Notes: generated by a model from the sequence alone, not told the origin. A DNA stretch of 64,000 bases from an uncultured delta proteobacterium (GCA_963745025.1 CAVUWD010000018.1:1-64000), one strand, 5' to 3'; counted from the stretch's first letter, positions 29,907 through 40,077 are shown. Program-made: numbers and translations.

Positions 29907-30470
29907 CTATTGCTTGCGATCGCACCGAAAGACGTTCTCGCTGTCTCGATAGAACTCGCATTCGTCCCGTAGTGCCTTCTTCAGACGGAATCGAGCGCGG
30001 TGAATTCTGATCTTGGCGGTCGCCAGAGAACAGCCGCATATGGCGGCTGTTTCCTCGGCGGTGAGACCTTGAAGCTCATGAAGAACGAGTGCCGCGCGGT
30101 AGTCCTCGGGCAGACTATCGACGACTTGCCGTACGCAAGCACTCATCTCGTCCACGACGAGCCGCTCATCGATCGAGGGCTCGGCATCCGAGTATTGTGT
30201 TCCTTCGTCTACGTCGACGATCTGAACCCTGCGGTCTGGTTTTCGAAGGTAGTCCGCTGCGACGTGGGTGGCGATGGAGAACGCCCATGTCTTCGCGCTG
30301 GAGCGGCCAGCGAAATCCACAAGACCGCGGTCCATCCGAGTTAGGGTCTCTTGAAGGAGATCCTCGGCCGTCACCTGGTCACCAACGTACCTTTGTAGGT
30401 AGTGCAAGAGGTCCTTGGACAGCTGCTGGGCGAGTTCCGGGAATGTAACGCGCTGAACAGAATGGTTCAT
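29907..30470 (-). CDS. ECF RNA polymerase sigma factor
   Basis: AEDLLQET, WAFSIA, LPEDYR, TAKIRIHRAR. Confidence 0.9.
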   Translation of the reverse strand: MNHSVQRVTFPELAQQLSKDLLHYLQRYVGDQVTAEDLLQETLTRMDRGLVDFAGRSSAKTWAFSIATHVAADYLRKPDRRVQIVDVDEGTQYSDAEPSIDERLVVDEMSACVRQVVDSLPEDYRAALVLHELQGLTAEETAAICGCSLATAKIRIHRARFRLKKALRDECEFYRDSENVFRCDRKQ

Positions 30471-30545
30471 CTTAGTATCCCGAGTGGAGGCCGCACCCGG
30501 CGAGGCTGAAGCAACCTCGCCGGGTCCACCAGTCTCTAGAGCGGT

Positions 30546-30842
30546 TCAGGTGCAGCAAGGTCCACTTGAAGTGGCCACCGAAGCCGCCTGCCCGCAGAGA
30601 GAACCCTTGCCCTCGGCGGAGACGGTCTTGTCACCCAGCATCTGCAAAGCGGCGTTGAGAACCTTGGCCGCCGGCACTTTTCGGATCTGATCGGCAAGCT
30701 GGATCGCGGCGGAAATCTGCGGGTCGGTCAGCCCGGCCTTTCTCGCTTCTGAGATATGGTGCTCGACGCAGGGAACACAGTTGCTACCCAGCGCGGCACC
30801 AAGTGCTACGAGCTCGCGTTCGGTGAAGTTGAGGTCGTTCAT
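30546..30842 (-). CDS. carboxymuconolactone decarboxylase/AhpD-like protein
   Basis: ERELVALGAA..NCVPCVEHH; C-terminal CC. Confidence 0.85.
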   Translation of the reverse strand: MNDLNFTERELVALGAALGSNCVPCVEHHISEARKAGLTDPQISAAIQLADQIRKVPAAKVLNAALQMLGDKTVSAEGKGSLCGQAASVATSSGPCCT

Positions 30843-30984
30843 CGTTGGTCCTTTCTTCGCATCCGAAGTCCGTTTTCCTAAGGGATCGGACCTATCCGAT
30901 CACCACCCTCTTAGACGTGTCGCGCCCGCGAATCGATACACCGGGCGTCTCGCGCAGGGCTTCCCGTCCCCGCTGTGTTCTTGG

Positions 30985-32091
30985 TCATGCGGTTCGGGTT
31001 TTCGTCTCGCACGGGGGCGGCGCGACCTCGAGCGTTGCATCCGGGAAGAAACGCGCCCGCGCCCTAAGAGCAACGTTGACGAGACCGATGAGCGCCGGCA
31101 CCTCCACGAGAGGACCGATGACCGCCGCGAACGCGGCGCCGCTGTGGATGCCGAAGGTGGAAACGGCCACGGCGATGGCGAGCTCGAAGTTGTTGGACGC
31201 CGCGGTAAACGAGAGTGTGGCCGACTGCTTGTAGTCCGCGCCGACCCACTTGCTCATGAAGAACGACACCGCGAACATCACCACGAAATAGATGACCAGC
31301 GGCACCGCGATACGCAGCACGTCGAACGGAAGCTGCACGATCGCCCCGCCCTTCAGCGAAAACATCACGACGATGGTGAAGAGCAGCGCCACTAGCGTGA
31401 TGGGGCTGATGCACGGAACAAAGCGGGTCTGATACCAATTCACGCCCTTCGACTTCACGAGCACTCGCCTCGTCAAGAAGCCCGCTGCGAAGGGCACTCC
31501 GAGGTAGATGGCGACGCTCTCGGCGATCTCGACGATGCGGATCTTCACCACCGTCCCCTCGAGCCCGAGCCAGGTGGGCAGCAGCGTCGCGAAGAAGTAC
31601 GCATAGACCGAGAAGAAGAGCACCTGGAAGATGGAGTTGAAGGCGACGAGACCGGCGCAGTACTCGGTGTCGCCTTTCGCGAGGTCGTTCCAGACGATCA
31701 CCATCGCGATGCATCGAGCGAGCCCGATGAGGATGAGACCGAGCATGTACTCGGGCTTGTCGCGGAGGAACATCACCGCGAGCCCGAACATCAAGAGCGG
31801 CCCGAGGACCCAGTTCTGGACGAGCGAGAGCGCGAGTACCCGCTTGTTGCGAAAGACCTTGCCGAGCTCTTCGTAGCGGACCTTCGCAAGCGGCGGGTAC
31901 ATCATCAAGATGAGCCCGATCGCGATCGGGATCGACGTCGTCCCGACGCTCATTCGGTCGAGCGCGGTATTGACGCCGGGCACGAAGAAGCCGAGCGCCA
32001 CGCCGACGCCCATGGCCAGGAAGATCCAGAGTGTCAGGTAGCGATCGAGGAACGAGAGGTTGCGGGCGATGCTGCTCGCGTTGGTCGTCAT
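30985..32091 (-). CDS. acr3: arsenite efflux transporter Acr3
   Basis: [46 protein letters not shown]. Confidence 0.95.
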   Translation of the reverse strand: MTTNASSIARNLSFLDRYLTLWIFLAMGVGVALGFFVPGVNTALDRMSVGTTSIPIAIGLILMMYPPLAKVRYEELGKVFRNKRVLALSLVQNWVLGPLLMFGLAVMFLRDKPEYMLGLILIGLARCIAMVIVWNDLAKGDTEYCAGLVAFNSIFQVLFFSVYAYFFATLLPTWLGLEGTVVKIRIVEIAESVAIYLGVPFAAGFLTRRVLVKSKGVNWYQTRFVPCISPITLVALLFTIVVMFSLKGGAIVQLPFDVLRIAVPLVIYFVVMFAVSFFMSKWVGADYKQSATLSFTAASNNFELAIAVAVSTFGIHSGAAFAAVIGPLVEVPALIGLVNVALRARARFFPDATLEVAPPPCETKTRTA

Positions 32092-32206
32092 GTCGTCGTC
32101 GGCCCTCCGAGCGGGAAAACGGGTGCCGAATCCATCCGTGCCGGTGACGTCACATGCGGCGCCGTGTGAAACCATCGTCGCCGCCCCTTTGGTCAAGCAC
32201 GGGTGT

Positions 32207-33034
32207 TCAGCATCGGCTCGGCTTGCGTGCGCGGACGAACGCGCTCATGGACTTGCCGTCCACCAGGGGTGCCACAGTCTCCAGGTCCAAATCGGCCTTA
32301 GCCAAGAACTCCCTGGCATCCGCCGCGCGGTAGATGCGCGTTGGCTCTAAGTCGACGGCTTCGAAGCCGGCGGCTTCAAGCTTCGCGCGGTACTCCGACT
32401 CCTCTAGCGCGCCCGCGATACAGCCGCTCCAGAGTTCCACGCTGCGGCGGACCTTTGCCGGCATCGCTCCTCGGATCACGATGTCTGAGACCGCGAATCG
32501 GCCTCCTGGCTTCAAAACCCGGAACGCTTCTCTCAGCACGCGGTCCTTGTCGCCGGAGAGATTGATCACGCAGTTCGAAATAATCACGTCGACCGACTCG
32601 TCTGGGAGCGGGATGATCTCGATCTCGCCTTTGAGGAATTCGACGTTCGTCACTCCCGCTTTGCGCTGGTTTTCTCTGGCAAGCGCGAGCATCTCGTCGG
32701 TCATGTCCAATCCATAAGCCTTGCCCAACGGACCCACGCGACGGGCCGACAACAGCACGTCGATTCCGCCGCCAGATCCCAAATCGAGTACGGTCTCGCC
32801 CGGCTTCAGCTCAGCGAGCATGGTCGGGTTCCCGCATCCGAGCGACGCCGCGATTGCCTCGGCGGGTAGGCCACCTGTCTCGCCGTCCCCGTAGAGATTC
32901 GACGTGATCGGATTGTCGCCAAGCGGCGCCGAGCCGCTTCCGCAGCAAGACGCCTGCGCAGCTTCGAGTACGCGCTTAGCCTCTCCCGCATACCTCTCCC
33001 TGACTTGCTCTCTGAGCGAAGAATCGTCCTTCAT
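32207..33034 (-). CDS. arsM: arsenite methyltransferase
   Basis: [35 protein letters not shown]. Confidence 0.95.
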   Translation of the reverse strand: MKDDSSLREQVRERYAGEAKRVLEAAQASCCGSGSAPLGDNPITSNLYGDGETGGLPAEAIAASLGCGNPTMLAELKPGETVLDLGSGGGIDVLLSARRVGPLGKAYGLDMTDEMLALARENQRKAGVTNVEFLKGEIEIIPLPDESVDVIISNCVINLSGDKDRVLREAFRVLKPGGRFAVSDIVIRGAMPAKVRRSVELWSGCIAGALEESEYRAKLEAAGFEAVDLEPTRIYRAADAREFLAKADLDLETVAPLVDGKSMSAFVRARKPSRC

Positions 33035-33065
33035 TCCAATCCTCCTTTCGCAGGTTCGGTCAGGG

Positions 33066-33536
33066 TCAAGCCGAGGGGCGGCAGCCGGTTCCGGCAGCCG
33101 CCGTGCCGCAGGAAGGCGAGCCCTTCTGGCTCAGAAAGTCCCGAAGCTTCGGATCATCGGCTGTGTCCGCTTCGACGTCGGCGAGGAGCGTATACATCTC
33201 CCACGCGATCTTGTCGGCGTCGACGACCCAGAACTTGTCCGCCTTCGCGTAGCAGCAGGTGACGCCCTCTTGCTGGATCATGTCCAGGCCTTGAGACTTT
33301 ACCCGGACGAGCTCCGAGGCCACTTCGCCGGTTCCTGGGTAACGGATACCGAGATGGCTGACGGTTCCCGGCTCGCCGCCGACGTTGAGCGAAAGGATCA
33401 CCGGCGGGTCCGCGAGCTCGAACTTCGCATATCCCGGCCGGACCTTCGCCGGAGCGATGCCGAGGATCTTTTGATACTCGGCAACTGCCGCATCAAGGTC
33501 CTTGACGTAGAGAGCGACGTGGAACGTGTTCGACAT
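33066..33536 (-). CDS. ArsI/CadI family VOC metalloenzyme
   Basis: FHVALYV, GYAKF, HLGI, TCCYA, KFWV.D, WEMY. Confidence 0.88.
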   Translation of the reverse strand: MSNTFHVALYVKDLDAAVAEYQKILGIAPAKVRPGYAKFELADPPVILSLNVGGEPGTVSHLGIRYPGTGEVASELVRVKSQGLDMIQQEGVTCCYAKADKFWVVDADKIAWEMYTLLADVEADTADDPKLRDFLSQKGSPSCGTAAAGTGCRPSA

Positions 33537-33549
33537 GGCGTTCTCCTCC

Positions 33550-33888
33550 TCAGCAGCACTTCGCGTTCGCGCAGCACTGCGACATGAAGTTGCGAAATTG
33601 ATCGGCCAGACCCCGGCAGCACTTGGTGTCGAGACGATAAACGCGCTCACGGCCGTGGCGCTCCTGCACCAGAAGCCCAGCGCTCGAGAGAATTCGCAGA
33701 TGATGGGAGATCGCGGGCTGTGAAAGTGAGAAGCGTTCGGTGAGCTGCGTCACGTTGAGGCGTTCCCTCGAGAGCACGGCGACGATTTGTTGGCGGGTCG
33801 GATCGGAAAGGGCCGCCAACATTCGACGCAGGGCGTCGAAGTCGACGCCTTCAATGGCGGCCTTCCGATTTCGTGTTGATACATTCAT
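33550..33888 (-). CDS. arsR: ArsR/SmtB transcriptional regulator
   Basis: ALSDPTR, SQPAISHHLRIL; three C-terminal Cys pairs. Confidence 0.88.
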   Translation of the reverse strand: MNVSTRNRKAAIEGVDFDALRRMLAALSDPTRQQIVAVLSRERLNVTQLTERFSLSQPAISHHLRILSSAGLLVQERHGRERVYRLDTKCCRGLADQFRNFMSQCCANAKCC

Positions 33889-33963
33889 ATGTTTAGATTT
33901 ATTAACCTAAGGCCTTGTGAGAGTCAATGGGGAAGAAGGGACGGGGTCGTCGTGGTGGAAGAG

Positions 33964-34080
33964 ATGAAGACGCTTTCAGCCGCCGAAGCGCGTCGGACTT
34001 ACGATCGCATCGGCAAGACGCAGGATAGCCAAGCGTTCTACGAGGATCGCGCCACCGCCGAGCTGATCGCGCATCTGGTG
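33964..34080 (+). pseudogene. 5' fragment of a probable class I methyltransferase
   Basis: MKTLSAAEARRTYDRIGKTQDSQAFYED, then abrupt loss of similarity at the IS110-like fragment. Confidence 0.45.
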
Positions 34081-34170
34081 AGCCGTACCTCGTGCGCGTC
34101 GACCACGATCGGATCGAGCCCGAGTCGACCGAGCTGACGGGCGACGAAGAACGCAACGGTCCCGGTCTCT
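34081..34170 (-). mobile_element. IS110-family transposase remnant
   Basis: ETGTVAFFVARQLGRLGLDPIVVDAHEVRL resembles the segment after the second acidic residue of the IS110 DEDD domain. Confidence 0.55.
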
Positions 34171-34214
34171 CCGGCTGCGTCGATGAAGCCGGGGCGGCCC
34201 CGGGCGCCCAGGAT

Positions 34215-34233
34215 TGTTCCCAAAATGGGAACA
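34215..34233. promoter_or_regulatory. palindromic operator upstream of higBA
   Basis: TGTTCCCA-AAA-TGGGAACA, perfect 8-3-8 palindrome just before the toxin ATG. Confidence 0.75.
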
Positions 34234-34247
34234 TGTTATTGCTCCTC

Positions 34248-34583
34248 ATGCGCATCATCTCCCGCCGAACGCTCCGGGAGTTTGTGGAGTCTAGAAAGGG
34301 GCGCAAGGATCACTCAGCTTTAAAGGCGGCGTTGGATGCTTGGTTCGACGAAGTAAAGAAAGCGCAGTGGACAAGCACCGCGAGCGTGAAGAGGCTCTAC
34401 GCGACGGCCAGCGTCGTGAGCGCCGAGAGAATCGTATTCAACATCAAAGGCAACGACTACCGACTCGTCATAGCCGTGGATTTCGAGAAGAGCATCGTTT
34501 GGATCAAGTGGATCGGCACCCATGCCGACTACGATCGAATCGATGTACGGGAGGTACAGCATGAACGCCGTAAAGCCGATTAG
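34248..34583 (+). CDS. higB: HigB family toxin
   Basis: MRIISRRTLREF, VFNIKGNDYRL, IGTHADYD. Confidence 0.9.
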   Translation: MRIISRRTLREFVESRKGRKDHSALKAALDAWFDEVKKAQWTSTASVKRLYATASVVSAERIVFNIKGNDYRLVIAVDFEKSIVWIKWIGTHADYDRIDVREVQHERRKAD

Positions 34584-34941
34584 GACGCGCCGTGACTATG
34601 AATCGGCGATGAAGGCGATCGAGAGCCTCTGGGGCGCGCGCGCAGGAACACCAGAGGGAGATCGACTCGACGTGCTTGCAACGCTGGTCGACGCTTATGA
34701 AGCAAAGCACTATCCCATGGATCCCCCGGATCCGATCGAGGCGATCAAATTTCGGATGGAGCAGCAGGGACTCACCCGGAACGATCTCGCGAAGATCCTC
34801 GGAACTCGCACGCGAGTCAGCGAGATCTTGAATCGGCGGCGGAATCTATCGATCGGGATGATTCGCCAGCTTCATGAGAAGCTCGGAATCTCGGCGGAGG
34901 TTCTGATTCGACCCACACGGACGGGAAGGGCCGCTGCGTAA
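34561..34941 (+). CDS. higA: HigA family HTH antitoxin
   Basis: KPIRT, LVDAYE, PDPIEAIKFRMEQQGL, RVSEILN. Confidence 0.92.
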   Translation: MNAVKPIRTRRDYESAMKAIESLWGARAGTPEGDRLDVLATLVDAYEAKHYPMDPPDPIEAIKFRMEQQGLTRNDLAKILGTRTRVSEILNRRRNLSIGMIRQLHEKLGISAEVLIRPTRTGRAAA

Positions 34942-35128
34942 TGTTTCGCGCGAGAGATTCACCCGCGTAGAGAGATCCCCAGGTCGCAAGTCCTCCTGTA
35001 TCGAACGGGAACCGATCTGTATCTCTTTTCGCTCGACACCCGCAAGCGCCTGGCCTCTTCATGAATCTCCGTTCGCGGGGATGCGGCGGGCACGATAGTT
35101 GCTCGACTAGCTCGCAAAGGGAAACTCC

Positions 35129-35686
35129 ATGAAGCACTTCCGCCTCGTCATGCCCCTGTTGGTCGCGCCGGTTTTCCTATGGCAGCTGCTTCGCCCGCAT
35201 GAATACCGCGACAAGGTCGTCGACCCGCGGGTCGACACGGATCCAAACGACCTTCTGAACGTCACCGTCGATCAAGCCGCGGAACTGATCCGGAGCGACC
35301 ACGGGAAGAAGCGCGTCCTCTTCCTCTACGCTGGATCGTGCGCTGCGTCGAACGACGTGTTTCCGGAGTTCGTGCGCGCTGCCCGCGAATGGCGATATAG
35401 CGGTATCGCCGTCCATGCGTTTTCCGTCGACGAGAGCGACGCAGCCTGGCGGCATTACCTCGGCTCTTCCTCGGTGCCGTTTGCGAAGCGCCGTCTTGCG
35501 CGGTGGCCCAGCGGTCGCCTGATCGCCGCCCTCGGGACCCTGGGGATCACGATCGCAGACACTTGGCATGTCCCGCTCCTCGCCGTCCTCGACGAGAACG
35601 GGCAGCTCCTCGGGCAAGCCGAAGGGGCCGACGACGTGGAGGAGGCCAAGCGGTGGCTGGCCTCCGCGCGTGCCGCGGCGCGGTGA
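35129..35686 (+). CDS. membrane-anchored thioredoxin-like (TlpA-like) protein with CxxS
   Basis: VLFLYAGSCAAS, FSVDE, VP.LAVLDENG. Confidence 0.65.
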   Translation: MKHFRLVMPLLVAPVFLWQLLRPHEYRDKVVDPRVDTDPNDLLNVTVDQAAELIRSDHGKKRVLFLYAGSCAASNDVFPEFVRAAREWRYSGIAVHAFSVDESDAAWRHYLGSSSVPFAKRRLARWPSGRLIAALGTLGITIADTWHVPLLAVLDENGQLLGQAEGADDVEEAKRWLASARAAAR

Positions 35687-35764
35687 CCGCCGCGACTCCG
35701 GAAGCGCCGACGGGAACCCATGGCGTCGCCGTCCGTGGCGCGGCCTCTTCGCGGCAGACGGAAA

Positions 35765-36440
35765 CTACTGCTGCAACACTTGCTGCAACACTCGCAGAAC
35801 GTCCGCTATCAACTCCTGCGCGTTCGGCTGCGAGCGTGGAACTCCGAACGAAAAATCACCCACCTGCCACCCGGCTTGGCCATCGACGAACTGGATCCGC
35901 AGACGTGCGTCCGGGACCTTCTCGAAACTAGCCGTGTAATCGACGTTCACGACGTACCGGAGTCCCTCCGGAGGCAGACCTCCGCCCACACCGACCGCGA
36001 GGACCTTGCCGGGATCTCGCACGGGGCGATACTCGCGGAGCTTGCCGATCCGTTGCGACAACAGCCGCAGGGAGGAGCTCGGGTCGCGGCGGGATTTTGC
36101 GAGCACGCTTCCCGTTTCGGACGCCGGATAGGCGAAGAGAAGGGCTGCTTCGTCGAATCGACCGGAGGCGAAAAGCTCCTAACAGATGGTCGGCGCTCGC
36201 CTGCAGTGCTCCGAGCGGGGGTCCCACGTCGGCGACGTGCGGCGTCGCACGATCGCCCGCCGGTTCCTCGCTAGCCGCTGATTCCGGTTCGTTCTCGATC
36301 CGCGTGCTGCCCGGAGGGGGGTGGTCCCCGAGGTAAGGCTGCCCACTCGGCGTCCGGTATTTCGGGATCGTGTCAGCGCACGGCTCGCCCAAAGGCCAGA
36401 GCAGAACTGCCGCGGCGCAGAGTGCGACCAACAGTCGGAT
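35765..36440 (-). pseudogene. frameshifted secreted protein (DUF4124-like N-terminus)
   Basis: ADTIPKYRTPSG..GDHPPPGS; removing one T at ~36171 joins it in frame to the 35765-36106 ORF (…GAFASGRFDEAALL…); start uncertain. Confidence 0.55.
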
Positions 36441-36495
36441 TCCGCTGGTCGAACATCCACCCCGCGGGCGACTGCAAGGACTCACCGCCTGCGAC

Positions 36496-36837
36496 CCCGG
36501 AGATGGCTGTTTTCTGGTCTTCGAGACGCCCAGCGCTGCGGTCTTGTTCGCGTTGCGGCTGCAGCAGGCGCACGGCGAGGAGCCCGACCTCCCCGGCGTG
36601 CGCACCGGCATCCACATGGGCGAGGTGAGTGAGCAGCCAGGGCCCGACGGCGATGTTGCACATCCCCGCGTCGAGGGTCTCGCCGTGGAACTTGCCGCCC
36701 GCATCTGCGGTCTCGCCAGACCGGCACAGGTCCTGATGTCGTCATCGGTGGCCGACAGCGCTCGCCAGCGCCTCGACAGCCACGCCTTCGGCCAGCCGAT
36801 CCGCTGGCCGACACACGGCAGCTATTCACTGAACTAA
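36496..36837 (+). pseudogene. class III adenylate/guanylate cyclase fragment
   Basis: GDGCFLVF, VRTGIHMGEV, LAARI, QVLMS; N-terminus with first Asp is missing. Confidence 0.7.
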
Positions 36838-36949
36838 AGAGAGGTGCCCGCAGATCCGTGAGGGCATTCCCTGCGTTCGCGAGGCTCGGTGTCCACTTTC
36901 CCGGAAAGGTCAGAAGCCTCTTGAAGCATGCAGAGGGTATGTGCTCCAG

Positions 36950-37130
36950 ACTCCGGGCGCGAACATGAAGTGGTAGACGATCAGCTGGCGACGCCCCTCG
37001 AACAGATCGAGCAGGCTCGCCTCGCCGTTGGGACCCTCGAACACGTACTTCTTGTCGATGCGGACCATCGGCTGGCGCCGCCGCTCGGCGGCCAGGGCGT
37101 CGCGGTCGCGGGTGGCGGCCTTTTCCTTCG
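36950..37130 (-). pseudogene. DUF899 (thioredoxin-like) family fragment, absent from the ORF track
   Basis: Minus strand reads [59 protein letters not shown]. Confidence 0.75.
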
Positions 37131-37231
37131 CTTGAATGCAGGGGCCGCGGCCAGCCCCTGGCGCTTTCGCACACCACGCGGCATATGCTTCCTGCGCTCA
37201 CCAGACACGAGATCCCCATAAGGCGGACCAG

Positions 37232-38320
37232 ATGAGAAGCCACACGATATCCAACCTCGGGCTATGCACCGCGCTCGCTCTCATTGCCTGCTCCCAGAAC
37301 CCCGACCGCGATCGGCAGGACGCGGCTCGCAGGCCGGCAGCGGGGGCGGCGCCCGCGAAGCCGGCGCCCTTCGATAAGGGCCCGGTGAAGATCGCCCTGG
37401 TCCAGTACAGCGGCGCGGGCGATTACTTCCAGCTCTGGACCAAGGGCGCCCGTCAGCAAGCCGACTCCATCGGATTCGAGATGCAGCTCTACGACGCGCA
37501 GGCGGATGATGCCAGACAGGCCGCCGACATGAAAGCCGCGATAGCGTCCCGCGTCGCCGGCATCATTGTGGACCATGGCCGAGCCAACACCATGTGCCCG
37601 CTGATCAACCAGGCGACCGATGCCGGCATCGCGGTCGTGGTGTACGACGTCAAGGTGGCCGACTGTGCCCCCAAGGCCGTCGAGACGGCGCAGAACGACG
37701 TCGATCTCGCCAGCCTGGTTCTTACTCAGATGGCCAAGGATATCGGCGATGGCGTTGCTGTCGGCTATGTGAACCCGTTCGTCATCGCCCCGCTCGAGCG
37801 GCGCGACGTCGTTTGGAAGAAGTTCGTCGCCGACCATAAATGGAAGCAGAAGTTTGCCGTCGGGAAGTTCAGCCATGCCGTAGCGACCGACAACGCGAAG
37901 CTCGCCGACCGCGCGCTCAAGGCCAACCCCGGCGTGAAGGCGATCTTCGCCCCCTACGACGAGTTGACCAAGGGCACCGTCTCGGCCATCGAACAAAACC
38001 ACCTGGGCGCCAAGGTGGCCGCGTACGGGATCGATATCTCGAATGCCGACATCGAGCTGATGACCAAGAAGGACAGCCCCTGGAAGGCGACCGCCACCAC
38101 GGACCCGAGCGCGGTCGGAGCCGCTGTCACCCGCACCCTGGCCATTCAGCTGGCCGGCCAGCTCGGCAGCAAGGAAGTCGTGTTCCCAGGCGTTCTGGTC
38201 ACCCAGTCCTTCCTGGTGGAGCACCAGATCAAGAACATGGACGACCTGCGGGCCAAGCTGCCCGATCTGAATCTTGGCAAGATCGCTTCGGCTCCCTGGA
38301 TTCGGTCGATCACGTTCTGA
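37232..38320 (+). CDS. sugar ABC transporter substrate-binding lipoprotein (orphan)
   Basis: Lipobox LIAC, GIIVDHG, IFAPYDE, YGIDIS; no permease or ATPase nearby. Confidence 0.85.
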   Translation: MRSHTISNLGLCTALALIACSQNPDRDRQDAARRPAAGAAPAKPAPFDKGPVKIALVQYSGAGDYFQLWTKGARQQADSIGFEMQLYDAQADDARQAADMKAAIASRVAGIIVDHGRANTMCPLINQATDAGIAVVVYDVKVADCAPKAVETAQNDVDLASLVLTQMAKDIGDGVAVGYVNPFVIAPLERRDVVWKKFVADHKWKQKFAVGKFSHAVATDNAKLADRALKANPGVKAIFAPYDELTKGTVSAIEQNHLGAKVAAYGIDISNADIELMTKKDSPWKATATTDPSAVGAAVTRTLAIQLAGQLGSKEVVFPGVLVTQSFLVEHQIKNMDDLRAKLPDLNLGKIASAPWIRSITF

Positions 38321-38586
38321 CCAGGGCGGCGCCCCTGCGCGGGCGGCACAATCGTGATCCAAGCCACGGCCCGCCGCCCCGTCGTTCGGCACGATACAGG
38401 TGTTCAGGGCTGCAAGTCGCCCTCGCATCAGCAATTGCATAGGAGGACCCATGCGGGACAAAGAGACCATCGAGCGCGCCCAGGAAGACGCTGACGCCGG
38501 ACATCGGAGGAACTGAAATGAATGATCGTGCGGTCCTTGCGGGCATCGGCATGGGGGCTCTTCAAAAACCGGCCACAGCGACCCGT

Positions 38587-38671
38587 GAGGATAGCCGGCA
38601 TAAGTGGCCGATGTCGGCATAAGGCCCGTTCTCGAACGCCCGGCTTCCCGCTTTGACGGGGCGCACAAAGC
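38587..38671 (+). repeat. 85-bp direct repeat, copy 1 (possible mobile element end)
   Basis: 84/85 identical to 39993-40077; contains CGGCATAAG twice. Confidence 0.9.
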
Positions 38672-38761
38672 ACTCGATCGTGTGTGCGCGCGGTGGGCTT
38701 GTAAGCGATGACACGAACGCCTACGATTGGCTTCGGACTTCTACGGACGGGGGACAAGGCC

Positions 38762-39298
38762 ATGCGCTTCACGAAGCTCGTGCTCGCAGGAGCCGTTCTC
38801 TCACTGACGACGCTGGCTGCGAGCTCAGTCGCGGCGGCCGACTCGGCCCAGCGAAAGGTGTGCACGACGGGGGACGCTCTCTCGAACTTTGAAGCGCCGC
38901 TTCAGCACATCATCGGTGACTTTTCCTGCCAGTACCGCCTCTTCCTTGACGGAAGGACCTTCACCTACTGCGAGGACGACGTGATCCTGGGCGGAATCAA
39001 TCCGCTCGCCGAGTACAAGGCACTGGGCTGGTCCCGCGAAGAGGGAATTGCTGATCTCGAGCGCACTGCCGACCGGGTATGGGTCGATGGCGTCGAGCAG
39101 CCACTCATGCGCACGGCCTACAAGGACGGCCAGCACCCCGTCTTCGGCCACAGTGTGTACCAACACCGCGCCTTCATAACCCAGCTTGCGGTCGGCGACC
39201 ACGTCAGCTACTGGGAGGAGACCCTCGACGGGTCAGTGGACGCTACCGCGACCGTCTATCTCCGCATCCTCCCGCGCACGGACGCGTTCTGTAGCTGA
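38762..39298 (+). CDS. secreted hypothetical protein
   Basis: Signal peptide MRFTKLVLAGAVLSLTTLAASSVAAA; protein-like composition. Confidence 0.7.
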   Translation: MRFTKLVLAGAVLSLTTLAASSVAAADSAQRKVCTTGDALSNFEAPLQHIIGDFSCQYRLFLDGRTFTYCEDDVILGGINPLAEYKALGWSREEGIADLERTADRVWVDGVEQPLMRTAYKDGQHPVFGHSVYQHRAFITQLAVGDHVSYWEETLDGSVDATATVYLRILPRTDAFCS

Positions 39299-39299
39299 G

Positions 39300-39380
39300 G
39301 TTGGCAGTCTGTTGGTAAGCGCGCTCGTGACGACGCTGGCCGGCATGGTCGCGTTCTTCCGCTGGAAGCGCTGGTTCTGA
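39300..39380 (+). pseudogene. possible CorA C-terminal remnant
   Basis: LAGMVAFFRWKRWF* resembles the CorA terminal helix. Confidence 0.35.
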
Positions 39381-39570
39381 CGGAAAATTCCTTGACGGGG
39401 GGCGGGTCAGGGAACGCGGCTCGCGTGGTGAGGCGTGTATGTATCTCGCTCATGGAGTCCGGTGGCTATTCACTGCAGTGGATCGTTCCATCTCGAGCTT
39501 CCGCAAGCCCGGGGGGGTCGCCTGAACTGCTACCACTTTGCTACCGGAAGCAGCCGAGGTGAGCAGGACC

Positions 39571-39608
39571 AGGAAGAGCCGGGTAGGTGAAAATCCCCGG
39601 CTCTTCCT
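39571..39608. terminator. strong hairpin, terminator-like
   Basis: AGGAAGAGCCGGG-N12-CCCGGCTCTTCCT, perfect 13-bp stem; no clear U-tract. Confidence 0.5.
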
Positions 39609-39654
39609 CACTCACGTGACATGACGTGAGCCGACATGATGTCCCCCGTCATTA

Positions 39655-39696
39655 TTCCTAATCGTGGGGTCGCGCATTCGAGTCGCGCCGGGGGCA
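39655..39696 (+). other. tRNA-Arg(CCT)-like 3' half, probable att core
   Basis: TTCCTAA anticodon loop, GGGTC variable loop, GCGCA-TTCGAGT-CGCGC T-arm, CGGGGGCA acceptor; no D-arm; lies next to the integrase stop. Confidence 0.65.
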
Positions 39697-39704
39697 TAAC
39701 GAGA

Positions 39705-39992
39705 TCAGGCACTTGCGTCCTTCTTTGCCGAGTCGATTGCTACCACCTGCCCCATTCTTACCGTATTCGGGCTGAAGGTCACGCGCTCAGCGGCTCGGCG
39801 CAGATCGTCCTCGGACACGATGTTGTAGCGCTCGAAGACGCTTCGGGTCTTCCACCCCCCGATCTTCATGATCACGTCCTCGGCCTCACCGCTTCTGCGG
39901 TAGTTCCTGGCCATCGTCCTTCGGAAGTCGTGCGGCCTTCTGCCGGGGATCTTGGCTCGCTTGCAGGCTGATCGCCATGCCTTGTACGGGAA
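39705..39992 (-). mobile_element. tyrosine recombinase (phage integrase) C-terminal remnant
   Basis: HDFRRT, GGWKT, FERYNIV (H-x-x-R, W and Y catalytic motifs); truncated at the 85-bp repeat. Confidence 0.85.
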
Positions 39993-40077
39993 GAGGATAG
40001 CCGGCATAAGTGGCCGATGTCGGCATAAGGCCCGTTCTCGGACGCCCGGCTTCCCGCTTTGACGGGGCGCACAAAGC
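39993..40077 (+). repeat. 85-bp direct repeat, copy 2
   Basis: 84/85 identical to 38587-38671. Confidence 0.9.

Noticed and set aside
39545-39570. GGAAGCAGCC resembling SRP RNA domain IV
   Set aside because: The preceding CAGG..GNRA helix and the enclosing long stem are absent.
39642-39696. Functional tRNA gene
   Set aside because: D-arm and 5' anticodon stem are missing and the T-stem has a mismatch; kept only as an att-like fragment.
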